A DNA stretch of 64,000 bases, taken from the IMG/VR virus record IMGVR_UViG_3300031688_000006. One strand, given 5' to 3'. Each line of letters starts with the position of its first letter. Positions within the stretch are counted from its first letter, which is position 1. Shown in pieces: positions 49,533 to 59,604 of this stretch. A program made the position numbers and the translations under genes. The notes under the pieces were generated by a model. That model ran no database searches, had not been told where the DNA came from, and was given only the letters and a program-made list of their open reading frames with translations. The DNA comes from an uncultured virus (IMG/VR IMGVR_UViG_3300031688_000006). Taxonomy: Duplodnaviria; Heunggongvirae; Uroviricota; Caudoviricetes.

Positions 49533-51247
49533 TTAATTTTAGCAAAATACGATACAAGAACTTGTTATCGTCTGGAAACACATTTACTAGTTTCGACCTA
49601 GACAGGTCGCAGACAACATTAATTGTTGGAGATAATGGTGCAGGTAAGTCTACACTATTAGATGCATTGTGTTTCGTATTGTACGGTAAAGGTTTTCGTA
49701 ATCTTAAAAAAGACTTATTGGTAAACTCTATCAACCAGAAAGACATGGTAGTAGAGATAGAATTTACAGTTGGTAGAAAATCATACAAAGTTATTCGTGG
49801 TGCAAAACCAAATAAGTTTGAGTTATATGTCAATGATACAATGCTCAATCAAGATGCGACAGTCAGAGATTATCAAGAACACTTAGAGAAGAACATCCTA
49901 AAGATGTCCTTTCGTTCATTCACTCAAGTTGCAGTATTAGGTTCAGCTAACTTCACTCCTTTCATGCAATTAAAGTCAGTAGAAAGACGAAGACTAGTAG
50001 AAGACCTACTCGACATATCTATATTCTCAACCATGCAAGACATTCTCAAGAAGAGAGTTACACAACATAATATAGATGTCAGAGAAACCAAACACAACAC
50101 CGAACTATTAGAAGAAAGAATAAATGGTCTCAATGAACAAGTAAATCTACTCTCAAAGTCTCGTGATAAGAAAGTAGAGAAGTATCAAAATACAATAAAA
50201 GAAACTCAGGATAACATAGACTCTGTTATGGGAGTCATTAAACTAAATACTGAGGTGGTAAAAGAGAAGAGACATTCTATCTCAGACAAAGACCCACAAG
50301 GTGACAGATTAAAACAGGCCTTAGACTTAGAGAGTAAACTAGAGTCTTCACAAAGAAAGGCACTTAAAGAAATAGAATTCTACAAAAACAATGATGATTG
50401 TCCAACTTGCAAACAGGGATTAGATGAACAGCATAAGAAGAAACACATTAAAGATAAATCAGATAAGGTCAGCGAGCTCAAGGCGGCGGTGCTTTCAATT
50501 AACGAAACAATCGATGCCTCAAGAAATAGAATGGCAGAAATCAACGCTGTCCTCGGAGACATCGAAGAAGTCCAAAGACAAATAGGTTTACACCAAACAG
50601 AGATTTTATCTAATCAAAAGTACATAGAGAAATTGAATCAGGAAATCAGTGACTTAAAGAGTGAAGTTAATTCTGAGACTGGTGTAAATGATAAACTCAG
50701 TAGTGCTGAAGATGACCTAGATAAATTACATTCTAAGAAAGAAAGTCTTACAGATAGACAACATTACTTTGACCTTGCAACAACCTTACTCAGAGACCAA
50801 GGTGTAAGACAAAGAATAATTAAACAATATGTTCCTGTAATGAACAAGATGATTAACAAGTATCTTGCAAATTTGGAATTCTATGTCGGGTTTGAATTGA
50901 ATGAATCATTTGAAGAAACAATCAAATCCAGATTTAGAGATGTATTTAAGTATGATAATTTCTCACAAGGAGAAAAGATGAGAATTGACCTTGCATTGTT
51001 GTTCACATGGAGAGCAGTCGCAAGAATCAAGAACTCAGTCAATACAAACATACTTATACTTGACGAGGTATTTGACTCCTCTTTAGATTCACAAGGTACA
51101 GATGACTTCTTGAAGTTACTGAACTCACTGAATGAGAAGACAAATGCATTTATTATCTCCCATAAAGGAGACCAACTATATGATAAGTTTGAAGAAGTGG
51201 TTCGATTTGAGAAACACAAGAACTTCAGCCGTATCGCAATTTCATAA
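49529..51247 (+). CDS. gp46: Recombination ATPase subunit gp46 (Rad50-like)
   Basis: GDNGAGKST, CPTC zinc hook, FSQGEKMRID signature, LDEVFD, ISH. Confidence 0.95.
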   Translation: MINFSKIRYKNLLSSGNTFTSFDLDRSQTTLIVGDNGAGKSTLLDALCFVLYGKGFRNLKKDLLVNSINQKDMVVEIEFTVGRKSYKVIRGAKPNKFELYVNDTMLNQDATVRDYQEHLEKNILKMSFRSFTQVAVLGSANFTPFMQLKSVERRRLVEDLLDISIFSTMQDILKKRVTQHNIDVRETKHNTELLEERINGLNEQVNLLSKSRDKKVEKYQNTIKETQDNIDSVMGVIKLNTEVVKEKRHSISDKDPQGDRLKQALDLESKLESSQRKALKEIEFYKNNDDCPTCKQGLDEQHKKKHIKDKSDKVSELKAAVLSINETIDASRNRMAEINAVLGDIEEVQRQIGLHQTEILSNQKYIEKLNQEISDLKSEVNSETGVNDKLSSAEDDLDKLHSKKESLTDRQHYFDLATTLLRDQGVRQRIIKQYVPVMNKMINKYLANLEFYVGFELNESFEETIKSRFRDVFKYDNFSQGEKMRIDLALLFTWRAVARIKNSVNTNILILDEVFDSSLDSQGTDDFLKLLNSLNEKTNAFIISHKGDQLYDKFEEVVRFEKHKNFSRIAIS

Positions 51248-51255
51248 ATAAAACC

Positions 51256-51891
51256 ATGTATCAATTAATAGAAGAAGCATCAAAAGTACTAAGAACTCCA
51301 CCTCCGGAGTTTGACTTTGAAAATCCACCAGAAGACCCAATTGAAATTGCCAAGAACATGGCAGAGGCAATGGACAAATTTGGAGGTTTAGGACTCTCAT
51401 GTAATCAAGTTGGATTACCGTATAGAATGTTTGTTATGAGAACAATGCATGAAGGCGATAAAGAATCAAAAGTCATCGCATACTATAATCCTAAGTTGAC
51501 ACGAGTGTCACAAGATACAGACTTAATGAAAGAGGGGTGTTTATCATTCCCAGACCTATTCTTAATGATTAAAAGGTCTAAAATGATAGAATTCACATAT
51601 CAAGATGAAACCGGTGAAGAGAAGAGTGCAATGCTAGAAGGCGTTGGTGCAAGATGTGTTCAACATGAGATTGACCACTTGAATGGAATCTTATTTTTAC
51701 AAAGGGCGTCAAGATTAAAACTTGAGAGAGCTCAAAAGGCTCGAGTAAAAGAAAAAAAGAAAAGAATAGAATATGAAAGAAGAATCGCACTTGCAAAATA
51801 CTTCCAAGAGTTGCAGTCCTCCAAGAATGCTGAAATATCTAATGATGCCGGAGAAGTGTCAACAGATAATAGAGTTTCACAAGAGTCATAG
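51256..51891 (+). CDS. def: Peptide deformylase
   Basis: GLGLSCNQVG, EGCLS, QHEIDHLNG motifs. Confidence 0.92.
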   Translation: MYQLIEEASKVLRTPPPEFDFENPPEDPIEIAKNMAEAMDKFGGLGLSCNQVGLPYRMFVMRTMHEGDKESKVIAYYNPKLTRVSQDTDLMKEGCLSFPDLFLMIKRSKMIEFTYQDETGEEKSAMLEGVGARCVQHEIDHLNGILFLQRASRLKLERAQKARVKEKKKRIEYERRIALAKYFQELQSSKNAEISNDAGEVSTDNRVSQES

Positions 51892-52414
51892 ACACTTACA
51901 AGCTGTAGGAGATGGGTCTGATTACTTCGGTATCAGACTTATGCACATCCACAATCCTGACATTAGACAATGGGTCTTTGAAGTCATGGTGGATTTAATT
52001 GGTGAAATAAGAAAAACATCTGACCAGATAGTATTTCCAGAAATGGTGGCAATCAATGAATGGCCGATTGGTGGCATTCAAGACCCACACCTAGACACCT
52101 ATTCTAATCAACAATTCGAAGCCGGTACCGAAGAAACTCATCCTGCCAGAGAGTGGACTTGTATTCTATATCTAAATGATGACTTCAACGGTGGCAGAAC
52201 TTATGTGCCAGATGGAGAGACATATGAACCAGAGATGGGTTCAGGTCTACTATTTCAAGGAATCTACATACCTCATGGTGTGACAAAAGTGAGAAGAAAC
52301 TCACGACACACAATCTCATTATGGTTCACAACTGATTCGTCCAGAGTCATGCCCATATATCCAGTAAGAGACTTAGGTCTCAACGAAGACAACATCCGAC
52401 ACCAACCAGAATAA
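51827..52414 (+). CDS. 2OG-Fe(II) oxygenase (prolyl 4-hydroxylase-like); start uncertain
   Basis: PHLD, ILYLNDDFNGG, HGV..V....R.T...W. Confidence 0.8.
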   Translation: MLKYLMMPEKCQQIIEFHKSHRHLQAVGDGSDYFGIRLMHIHNPDIRQWVFEVMVDLIGEIRKTSDQIVFPEMVAINEWPIGGIQDPHLDTYSNQQFEAGTEETHPAREWTCILYLNDDFNGGRTYVPDGETYEPEMGSGLLFQGIYIPHGVTKVRRNSRHTISLWFTTDSSRVMPIYPVRDLGLNEDNIRHQPE

Positions 52415-52429
52415 CCCTAGTTTCTCTAG

Positions 52430-52462
52430 GGGTTGACAGCGACCCTCGCTTTTTGTTACCAT
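52430..52462 (+). promoter_or_regulatory. Sigma70-type early promoter, copy 1
   Basis: GGG-TTGACA-N18-TACCAT with TGn extension. Confidence 0.7.
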
Positions 52463-52489
52463 TATCCTATAATGAAAAAAGGAGATAAC

Positions 52490-52690
52490 ATGTCAAACAT
52501 TAAAAACATTAAAGACCACATCTTAAACGATGTACTATTCCTTGCAGAAGGGGACATATGGAATGTCATTTTTGCAATTCAGGAAGAATTCGGTATTGCA
52601 AAAGTACCAAGTCCTACTGGTGGTGAAAGGGGTTTCATCAATAGACTAGTAGATTTAAGATTCAAACAAGCAATAGAGGTGTCAGTATAA
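52490..52690 (+). CDS. Hypothetical early protein
   Basis: AAGGAG SD before ATG at 52490. Confidence 0.6.
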   Translation: MSNIKNIKDHILNDVLFLAEGDIWNVIFAIQEEFGIAKVPSPTGGERGFINRLVDLRFKQAIEVSV

Positions 52691-52977
52691 TGCCGAAGTT
52701 TAACGACCAAACAAAGGTCGCTGGAAGACTCTACAACAGGTGGAGTGTTACTGGCACATTTAATACGACTCAAGATGCAGTCGAGAAATACAAGAGTCAA
52801 TTCAAAATTGTAGACGGCGTAGTTCGTTGGGAATCTAATGAAGAGATTCCTTTTGGTGATTTGTTATTAGATTTCTGTGAAGCTGGTCTGATTAGTCCGA
52901 AACAAGTAAGAGTTTCTTCAGAGGTCAGAGAAAAAGAAACTGATGAGTTTTGGGAAAGATTTGGACTTGGGGCCTAG
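52690..52977 (+). CDS. Hypothetical early protein
   Basis: Coupled to previous gene; VVRW.SN...PF.D.L motif. Confidence 0.6.
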   Translation: MPKFNDQTKVAGRLYNRWSVTGTFNTTQDAVEKYKSQFKIVDGVVRWESNEEIPFGDLLLDFCEAGLISPKQVRVSSEVREKETDEFWERFGLGA

Positions 52978-53010
52978 GGGTTGACAATGACCTTCACTTT
53001 TTGATAGGAT
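52978..53010 (+). promoter_or_regulatory. Sigma70-type early promoter, copy 2
   Basis: GGG-TTGACA-N18-TAGGAT. Confidence 0.75.
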
Positions 53011-53016
53011 ATAAAC

Positions 53017-55398
53017 ATGACAGAAAAACTTAAAAACCAAAAAGACTCACTCGCAAGATTAATGGCAACAGAAAATCTTACGATTGTACATAAGAAAATA
53101 CCAACTGCATACTTTGATGTTAAGAATAGGGTACTCGCTTGTCCTACTTTCAAAGAAGACATTTCTCCAGAACTATATGATTTGTTCATGGGGCATGAAG
53201 TTGGCCATGCACTGAATACTCCTTACGAGGGACTTCATTCCACACTAGTTGAGAATAGAACCCTTAAGGGTTATCTTAATGTTGTCGAAGATGTAAGAAT
53301 CGAGAAGGCAATCAAACAAAAATATCAAGGGTTGAGAACTTCTTTCTTTAAGGCATACAATGAACTTATGGAAAAGAACTTCTTCGGCATCGAGGGTAGA
53401 GACTTACAAGAACTTGCACTGATTGACAAAATCAATCTGATTACTAAGTGTGGTTCTAGAGTCAATATCAAACTTACTTCTGAAGAACAAACATTCTTAG
53501 ATATGGCAGAGGCATGTAAGACTTGGGAAGAAGTTGTCGCTTGTGCTAATTCAATCTATGATTACTCTAAAGAAAACGAAGACAGAACTGAAGAAGACGA
53601 AAAACTTTCTACTATGCCGATGCCTGATATCGAAGAGTCAGATGACGAAGAAGACGATGATGCAGAATCAAATCAGATGCCTGGTGAATATGACGAATCA
53701 GAAGAAGAGTCTAAAGAAGAAGACGAGAAGGCAAAGGCCGAGTCAGATGTAGATGAGAAAGGCGAAGAGACTGATAACGAATTAAAAGAACTTGGTGCTA
53801 AGGGTGGCAAGTTCGAAGGCACTTACGATGAGTTAGATGGTGCTAGAGAGTCAATCACCGAACACTTTGCACACAACAACGAAGACGACTTTGTTGACGA
53901 AACTGCAACCATAAAAACTAATGTCGACTTGAGAACTAGATTCAAAGAAGCTGACATAGACTCTATGCTTTACTCTCACAAACAAGTTGCCGCTGATTGG
54001 CAAGAATGGTTAGTCGCTGGTGACTTCGACAAAAAGATGGCCGAAGATGCTTACTACACTGAAGACCACAAAACTGAGGCTCTTGAAGAGAGAAGTAACA
54101 CTATTCTTCTTGGCAAACATTACAGAAAACATCTTCAAAACAAAAACAAAAAGATTGTTGCCCACATGGCAAAAGAGTTCGAGTTAAGACAAAATGCACA
54201 TAGAAGTGCCAAGGCATATACAGGCACTAGTGGTGACCTTGATATGAATAGACTTGCTAAGTATCAGATTGTAGATGACATTTTCAAAAGAGTCACATAC
54301 ATTCCAGACGGCAAGAATCATGGTGTCAATGTTTTACTTGACTGGTCTGGTTCTATTCACAATGAATGTGCCGACATGTTAGAACAATCAATTATACTTT
54401 CAGAGTTCTGTAGAAAAGTAAACATTCCTTACAGAGTGTATCTCTTCTCAGATTCTATCGCAAGACAAGACAGATATGACTATGCAAGTGGCAAGGCAAA
54501 ACTAGTTGAGATTATGACCAACGAAATGTCTAACAGAAAATACTCAGAGATTCTAGATTACTTATGTTGCATCCTAGTTGGCAGAATGCATGATGACCTT
54601 CAGTCAGTATGGGGTACTTCACCAAAGGCTGTGAAACTTGCTGATGAGTACAATGCAATATTCAGTTCAATTCAACAATGGGATACTGATATTTCATACT
54701 GGAGAGATACAAGATTCTCAAGACATTGTTGTCCTGAGAACTACAGATTAGGTGGCACGCCTCTTGACGAGTGTTTAGTTGCTATGAGAAAATTCTTACC
54801 AGAGTTTAACAGACAGTATGGTATTGAGAAATCAATTCTAACAATTATCACCGATGGGTTCAGTTTCAGAAGTGACTTCTTTGAAGAGTCAACTGAAGAA
54901 CAAAGAGATTATAAGGCTCAGGCAGGCGATGACTACTACTGGTCTTCTAACAGAACAAGAAGTTTCATCGACCCATACATCAACAAGAACTTCCTTTACA
55001 CAACTAGTAACGGTTATGGCAGAAACGACTTCGAGAAGACTCAGAACATATTAGAGTGGATATCAGAGACTTGCAATGTCACCGTGACAGGATACTTTGT
55101 CTTCACCAAGAAGAGAGACTTCCAGTCAATGGGTGAATACATCATGCCTAACTTTTGGGAACATGTTGACGGGTTGTGGAAAGATATGAGAAAATCAGGT
55201 GTAGTTGTTGACACCAAGGGTTACAACAAATTGTTCTTGACCACTGCATCTAATCTTGCCACGACAGGCGATGACGAACTTGACGAAGAGTTCATTGGTG
55301 CAAACAAAAACAGAATCACTGCCGCTTTCAAAAGAAATCAGAGAGGCAAATCAACATCAAGATTTCTAACTAACGAATTTATAAAGGAGATTGCATAA
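53017..55398 (+). CDS. CobT-like protein: HEXXH metallopeptidase-like N-terminus plus VWA domain
   Basis: HEVGHAL, NVVED.RIE, acidic linker, DWSGS MIDAS, GGTPL, ITDG. Confidence 0.8.
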   Translation: MTEKLKNQKDSLARLMATENLTIVHKKIPTAYFDVKNRVLACPTFKEDISPELYDLFMGHEVGHALNTPYEGLHSTLVENRTLKGYLNVVEDVRIEKAIKQKYQGLRTSFFKAYNELMEKNFFGIEGRDLQELALIDKINLITKCGSRVNIKLTSEEQTFLDMAEACKTWEEVVACANSIYDYSKENEDRTEEDEKLSTMPMPDIEESDDEEDDDAESNQMPGEYDESEEESKEEDEKAKAESDVDEKGEETDNELKELGAKGGKFEGTYDELDGARESITEHFAHNNEDDFVDETATIKTNVDLRTRFKEADIDSMLYSHKQVAADWQEWLVAGDFDKKMAEDAYYTEDHKTEALEERSNTILLGKHYRKHLQNKNKKIVAHMAKEFELRQNAHRSAKAYTGTSGDLDMNRLAKYQIVDDIFKRVTYIPDGKNHGVNVLLDWSGSIHNECADMLEQSIILSEFCRKVNIPYRVYLFSDSIARQDRYDYASGKAKLVEIMTNEMSNRKYSEILDYLCCILVGRMHDDLQSVWGTSPKAVKLADEYNAIFSSIQQWDTDISYWRDTRFSRHCCPENYRLGGTPLDECLVAMRKFLPEFNRQYGIEKSILTIITDGFSFRSDFFEESTEEQRDYKAQAGDDYYWSSNRTRSFIDPYINKNFLYTTSNGYGRNDFEKTQNILEWISETCNVTVTGYFVFTKKRDFQSMGEYIMPNFWEHVDGLWKDMRKSGVVVDTKGYNKLFLTTASNLATTGDDELDEEFIGANKNRITAAFKRNQRGKSTSRFLTNEFIKEIA

Positions 55399-55631
55399 TG
55401 CAAATGATAGGTACAATAAACATAGACAAATTTCAAGAAGCTATACAACAGGTCGGTAAAGGACCGTGTGTAAAATTTGATTGCCCAAGACAACAAGCTT
55501 GTGGCGAAGAAGAGGTTGAATGCAAGGCATTTAGATTTTGGGTCAATAACGATTCATACACTACAATGAGAAAAGGTCTGAAGACTTCTATTGCAATTGA
55601 CATGGAAAGATTACTAAAAGAAATTGAATAG
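55398..55631 (+). CDS. Small Cys-containing hypothetical protein
   Basis: PC...CP....C......C..F pattern. Confidence 0.55.
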   Translation: MQMIGTINIDKFQEAIQQVGKGPCVKFDCPRQQACGEEEVECKAFRFWVNNDSYTTMRKGLKTSIAIDMERLLKEIE

Positions 55632-55663
55632 GGTTGACAATGACCCTCGCTTTTTGATAGGAT
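55631..55663 (+). promoter_or_regulatory. Sigma70-type early promoter, copy 3
   Basis: GGG-TTGACA-N18-TAGGAT. Confidence 0.75.
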
Positions 55664-55702
55664 GGAAACTGATGAGAAAAACTACTTTAACGGAGACAAA
55701 TT

Positions 55703-56917
55703 ATGAGTAAGTGGACATACGACCCAACAGAGTCGATTAATATAGGGAATGCAAATTTCCACCTGACACCTGACAGGAAAGAATTTATTCAGGCATTAAA
55801 GGAAAAATATCCGAATCAATTGCAATTCACGAAAGAGCAATTCAATTCGCTAGGACATTTTCCATATTGGCTGAAGTCAAACAGGTATAACTTTAAAGAT
55901 GGTTCAGTCTTTAATCTTCAACCTATTCTTGCTGTCGATAATAACGGCACGACTATTGCAGTTTCTAATAAACCAGAACCTCTTGCAGTTCCTCAGATTA
56001 AGAGGGTTCAGCAGATGCCTGTTGCCGCTCAATCTGAGAGTGTGAATATCATGAGTGATGTCAAAATCATTCCTGAGAAAATGTCAAACTATGTACCTTT
56101 TGGTCATGCTAAAGATGTTAAGAACATTCTTAAATCTAAGATATTCTTTCCATTCTTTGTGACAGGTCTTTCAGGTAATGGTAAAACATTAATGATTGAA
56201 CAAACTTGTGCTCAGTTGAAGAGAGAACTCTTCAGAGTCAATATCACTATTGAGACAGACGAAGACGACCTAATGGGTGGTCACACTTTACAGAATGGTA
56301 ACATCATCTTCAGAGAAGGTCCAGTTATCAAGGCAATGAGAAAAGGCGCTGTCCTTCTTCTTGACGAAGTAGACTTAGGGTCTAACAAAATGATGTGCTT
56401 ACAATCAGTTCTTGAAGGTAAAGGTTACCTAATCAAGAAGACTGGTGAGTGGGTTACACCGACTCCTGGTTTCACTGTTGTCGCAACTGCCAACACTAAG
56501 GGCCAAGGGTCTGAGGATGGCAAGTTCATTGGTACTCAAATCATGAATGAGGCGATGCTCGAAAGATTCGCTATCACCATGCAACAAGAATACCCACCTG
56601 TGACTGTTGAGAGAAACATTCTGAAACAAGAAATGGCTTTGACTGGAGATGCTGACGATGACTTCGTTAAGAAACTAGTTGATTGGGCTGACATAATCAG
56701 AAAGACTTATTACGAAGGCGCCATTGATGATGTGATTACAACCAGAAGGTTAGTTCACATCGTTAGTGCTTACAAGATGTTTGGTGACAAACTCAAGGCA
56801 ATTACAATGTGCATATCTAGATTCGATGAAGAAACTAGAAACGCTGTTCTCGACCTTTACACTAAAGTCGATGATGGTGTGCATTTAGAAAACCCTGTTG
56901 ACGAAACAGACTCTTAA
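55703..56917 (+). CDS. cobS: CobS-like MoxR-family AAA+ ATPase
   Basis: GLSGNGKT, ETDEDDL.GG, LLLDEVD, ATANTKG.G, NEA.LERF, TRRLVHI. Confidence 0.88.
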   Translation: MSKWTYDPTESINIGNANFHLTPDRKEFIQALKEKYPNQLQFTKEQFNSLGHFPYWLKSNRYNFKDGSVFNLQPILAVDNNGTTIAVSNKPEPLAVPQIKRVQQMPVAAQSESVNIMSDVKIIPEKMSNYVPFGHAKDVKNILKSKIFFPFFVTGLSGNGKTLMIEQTCAQLKRELFRVNITIETDEDDLMGGHTLQNGNIIFREGPVIKAMRKGAVLLLDEVDLGSNKMMCLQSVLEGKGYLIKKTGEWVTPTPGFTVVATANTKGQGSEDGKFIGTQIMNEAMLERFAITMQQEYPPVTVERNILKQEMALTGDADDDFVKKLVDWADIIRKTYYEGAIDDVITTRRLVHIVSAYKMFGDKLKAITMCISRFDEETRNAVLDLYTKVDDGVHLENPVDETDS

Positions 56918-56926
56918 GAGTATAAT
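56898..56926 (+). promoter_or_regulatory. Sigma70-type promoter
   Basis: TTGACG-N17-TATAAT. Confidence 0.7.
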
Positions 56927-56933
56927 GATTAAT

Positions 56934-57242
56934 ATGGGTTTATTTACTAAGTCAAAAATCAAAGTCCAACGAGGCATTGACTACAAATACAATGAGGGAG
57001 AACTTCTAAAAGAGTTCTCTCAATATGTAGATTCAACTTATGACCAACACTACAGTCTGAACAAGTATCAGGCAACTGAATTCATTATGGATGCAGGACA
57101 CGGTGAAGGTTTTTGTATTGGGAATATTTTAAAGTATGCCCAACGATATGGCAAAAAGGGTGGGAAAAATCGTGCCGACCTTTTGAAAGTAATTCATTAT
57201 GGATTCCTTGCTTTAAATAATCACGATAAAAATGGAGACTAA
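56934..57242 (+). CDS. DUF3310-like protein
   Basis: YV..TY..HY, GEGFC.GNILKYA.RYGKK.G....DL.K..HY. Confidence 0.75.
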   Translation: MGLFTKSKIKVQRGIDYKYNEGELLKEFSQYVDSTYDQHYSLNKYQATEFIMDAGHGEGFCIGNILKYAQRYGKKGGKNRADLLKVIHYGFLALNNHDKNGD

Positions 57243-57245
57243 GAA

Positions 57246-57911
57246 ATGAAAATTTCAAGTGAAACAAAGGCGATATTAAAAAACTTCGCTACAATTAATT
57301 CGGGTATCAAAGTAGATTCAGGCAATCAACTTAAGACGATATCTAACATGAAGAATATTCTGGCTATCGCTACGATACCAGAAACATTCGACAAGTCATT
57401 TAGTATCTACAATCTTGTAGAATTTCTAGGTGCAACTAGTCTATTAGAGAATCCAGAATTCAATTTCAATGATGCGTCATTGAGTATTGCTGATGCTGAT
57501 ACATCTCTAACTTACTTCTATGCCTCAGAGGGTATGGTCACTTCACCAGAGAAGATGATTACTATGCCACAGGCAGAGATTAATATAGAGTTATCTTCTA
57601 CACTTCTAACTGAATTGCAAAAGGCAGCTTCAGTATTGGGTGTTAATGATTTGATACTTACATCTGATGGGACTAAAATTCAGATGCAAGTAACTGATAA
57701 GAAGAATACAACTTCAAACACATTCAGTAGAGTTGTGGGCGAAGGCAATGGTGACACATTCACCATGAACTTCAAGATTGAGAACTTGAAAGTTTTAGAT
57801 GGCAACTACTCAGTCGCAGTATCCTCAAAAGGCATATCTCATTTCAATAATAAAGATTTGGCTTTAGAATACTTTATTGCTTTAGAACCAGATAGTTCTT
57901 ACAGCGCTTAG
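57246..57911 (+). CDS. gp45: Sliding clamp gp45
   Basis: MKIS.ET..ILKNFATINSGI, F.IY.L.EFL, YFIALE. Confidence 0.93.
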   Translation: MKISSETKAILKNFATINSGIKVDSGNQLKTISNMKNILAIATIPETFDKSFSIYNLVEFLGATSLLENPEFNFNDASLSIADADTSLTYFYASEGMVTSPEKMITMPQAEINIELSSTLLTELQKAASVLGVNDLILTSDGTKIQMQVTDKKNTTSNTFSRVVGEGNGDTFTMNFKIENLKVLDGNYSVAVSSKGISHFNNKDLALEYFIALEPDSSYSA

Positions 57912-57928
57912 GCATAAATACTTATGTG

Positions 57929-58018
57929 TGAAACAGCGCCAGTCTCCGCTACTTTCATGGGAGTATTAGAATCTCATCATCAATGGTCTAATACACGAAC
58001 ACTCGGAGGGGTTTGTTC
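57929..58018 (+). other. Structured intergenic region (candidate ncRNA or leader of gp44)
   Basis: Three stem-loops after CATAAATA (57913). Confidence 0.4.
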
Positions 58019-58027
58019 TTCTTAATT

Positions 58028-58972
58028 ATGAATACAAAAGAATTTTTATATGTAGAAAAGTATCGTCCAACTATCATTGCCGATACTATACTACCCAAAG
58101 GCGTTAAGAAAACATTCCGAGAGTTTGTTTCTAATAACGAGATACCAAATCTGATGCTTTGTGGTTCACAAGGTACAGGCAAAACAACAGTCGCTAAGGC
58201 ACTCTGTAACGAGTTAGGAGCTGATTTCATTGTCATCAATGGCAGTGACGAAGGCCGACTTATCGACACTTTGCGAACAAAGATTAAAAACTTCGCTTCT
58301 ACTGTATCTCTTCAAGGTGGCCCGAAAGTGGTCATACTTGATGAAGCAGATTACATATCTGCTGACTCAGTACAACCTGCATTGAGAAACTTCATAGAAG
58401 AGTTCTCAAGTAACTGTAGGTTTATCTTTACATGTAACTACAAGAATCGAATCATTGCACCTCTACATAGTAGATGTACTGTAATTGATTTCACAATACC
58501 CAAGAACGAAAAACAAGCACTCGCAATGGGTGGCCTTGATAGACTAAAATCTATATGTGACAATGAGGGTATTCAGTATGATGAAAAGGTATTAGTAGAA
58601 CTTATACTAAAGTTCTTTCCAGATTTCAGACGATGTATCAACGAAGTTCAACGATATGGTGCAAGTGGTGTAATAGATAGTGGGCTACTAGCGACATTAT
58701 CAGAAGAAAAACTCACACCATTGATTGATATGATTGCAGGTAAAAACTGGGGCGCCATGAGAAAATGGGTTGCTCAGAATTCTGATAATGATTTCAATGG
58801 CTTATATCGTAAGGTATTTGATGCACTCGAACAAAGATTAGAACCAAGTTCTATACCTGCAGCTGTTTTGTTCATCGCTGATTATCAGTACAAGGCTGCA
58901 TTCGCTATGGATTCAGAAATTAACTTCACTGCATGTCTCACCGAGATTATGTCAGAGTGCAAGTTTAAGTGA
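58028..58972 (+). CDS. gp44: Clamp loader large subunit gp44
   Basis: VEKYRP, G.GKTT, INGSDE, ILDEAD, SRC, FPDFRR. Confidence 0.95.
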   Translation: MNTKEFLYVEKYRPTIIADTILPKGVKKTFREFVSNNEIPNLMLCGSQGTGKTTVAKALCNELGADFIVINGSDEGRLIDTLRTKIKNFASTVSLQGGPKVVILDEADYISADSVQPALRNFIEEFSSNCRFIFTCNYKNRIIAPLHSRCTVIDFTIPKNEKQALAMGGLDRLKSICDNEGIQYDEKVLVELILKFFPDFRRCINEVQRYGASGVIDSGLLATLSEEKLTPLIDMIAGKNWGAMRKWVAQNSDNDFNGLYRKVFDALEQRLEPSSIPAAVLFIADYQYKAAFAMDSEINFTACLTEIMSECKFK

Positions 58973-59070
58973 TTGAATTATTAGTATGGAGTTTAATAGT
59001 AATTACATGGGCAACATATGGTATGCATGTAATAAAAGAGTATGTGAGAAATCACATTGATGGAGAATGA
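58969..59070 (+). CDS. Small membrane peptide (33 aa), not in ORF track
   Basis: GTGA overlap with gp44 stop; LLVWSLIVITWATYG. Confidence 0.45.
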   Translation: MIELLVWSLIVITWATYGMHVIKEYVRNHIDGE

Positions 59071-59071
59071 A

Positions 59072-59485
59072 ATGAAAGTAGAACCAATAATGAAAAAACC
59101 AAGTCTATTAAGAAGACTTGCATTTGCACTTGTCAACGGTTGGCGAAGAGTTATGGATGTGAAATATAATCCATTAAAATATATACCTGACCCAAGTTTA
59201 CAAACTTACTTTATGTTAGTTTTGTTTACTGTATGGAGTGTGTTCTTCGGGTTTCTGGCTGCAAACTACTTAGGGTTCTTTAACTACAATACTCTAATCA
59301 GTATCATCATACATATTGCAATACTATTACCGTTAGCATTTACCAATGCAATCTTTGTAGATGCAGAGAGAGATGGACACAAATGGTTAAAAGAATGGAC
59401 AGAAGAAAGAAACAGATACCGTATTGTTGCTAACAGACTCAAAACTAAAAACTTAGTTATGTGGAATCCAAACGAAGAAGCATAA
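59072..59485 (+). CDS. Membrane protein with two TM helices
   Basis: VMD..YNPL..IPD...Q..ML.L...WS..F; GGAG SD. Confidence 0.65.
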   Translation: MKVEPIMKKPSLLRRLAFALVNGWRRVMDVKYNPLKYIPDPSLQTYFMLVLFTVWSVFFGFLAANYLGFFNYNTLISIIIHIAILLPLAFTNAIFVDAERDGHKWLKEWTEERNRYRIVANRLKTKNLVMWNPNEEA

Positions 59486-59604
59486 TGGGTAAATTAAGAC
59501 AGTGGTTCATGAGATGGTTTGACAATCAACTTGAAAAGTCCTTTCAAAGAACTGCGGATAGAATAAACAAAGAAACCCAAGAAGCAAACAATGACACAAT
59601 ATAA
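59485..59604 (+). CDS. Small hypothetical peptide (39 aa), not in ORF track
   Basis: TAATG coupling; fills the gap between neighbours. Confidence 0.4.
   Translation: MGKLRQWFMRWFDNQLEKSFQRTADRINKETQEANNDTI

Noticed and set aside
53017..56917. CobS/CobT as evidence of cobalamin biosynthesis
   Set aside because: No CobN or other cob genes here; a MoxR AAA+ / VWA chaperone-like pair common in T4-like phages is the simpler reading
52433..56933. TTG starts at 52433 and 56898 given by the ORF track
   Set aside because: These TTGs are the -35 boxes of promoters; downstream ATGs (52490, 56934) are more plausible
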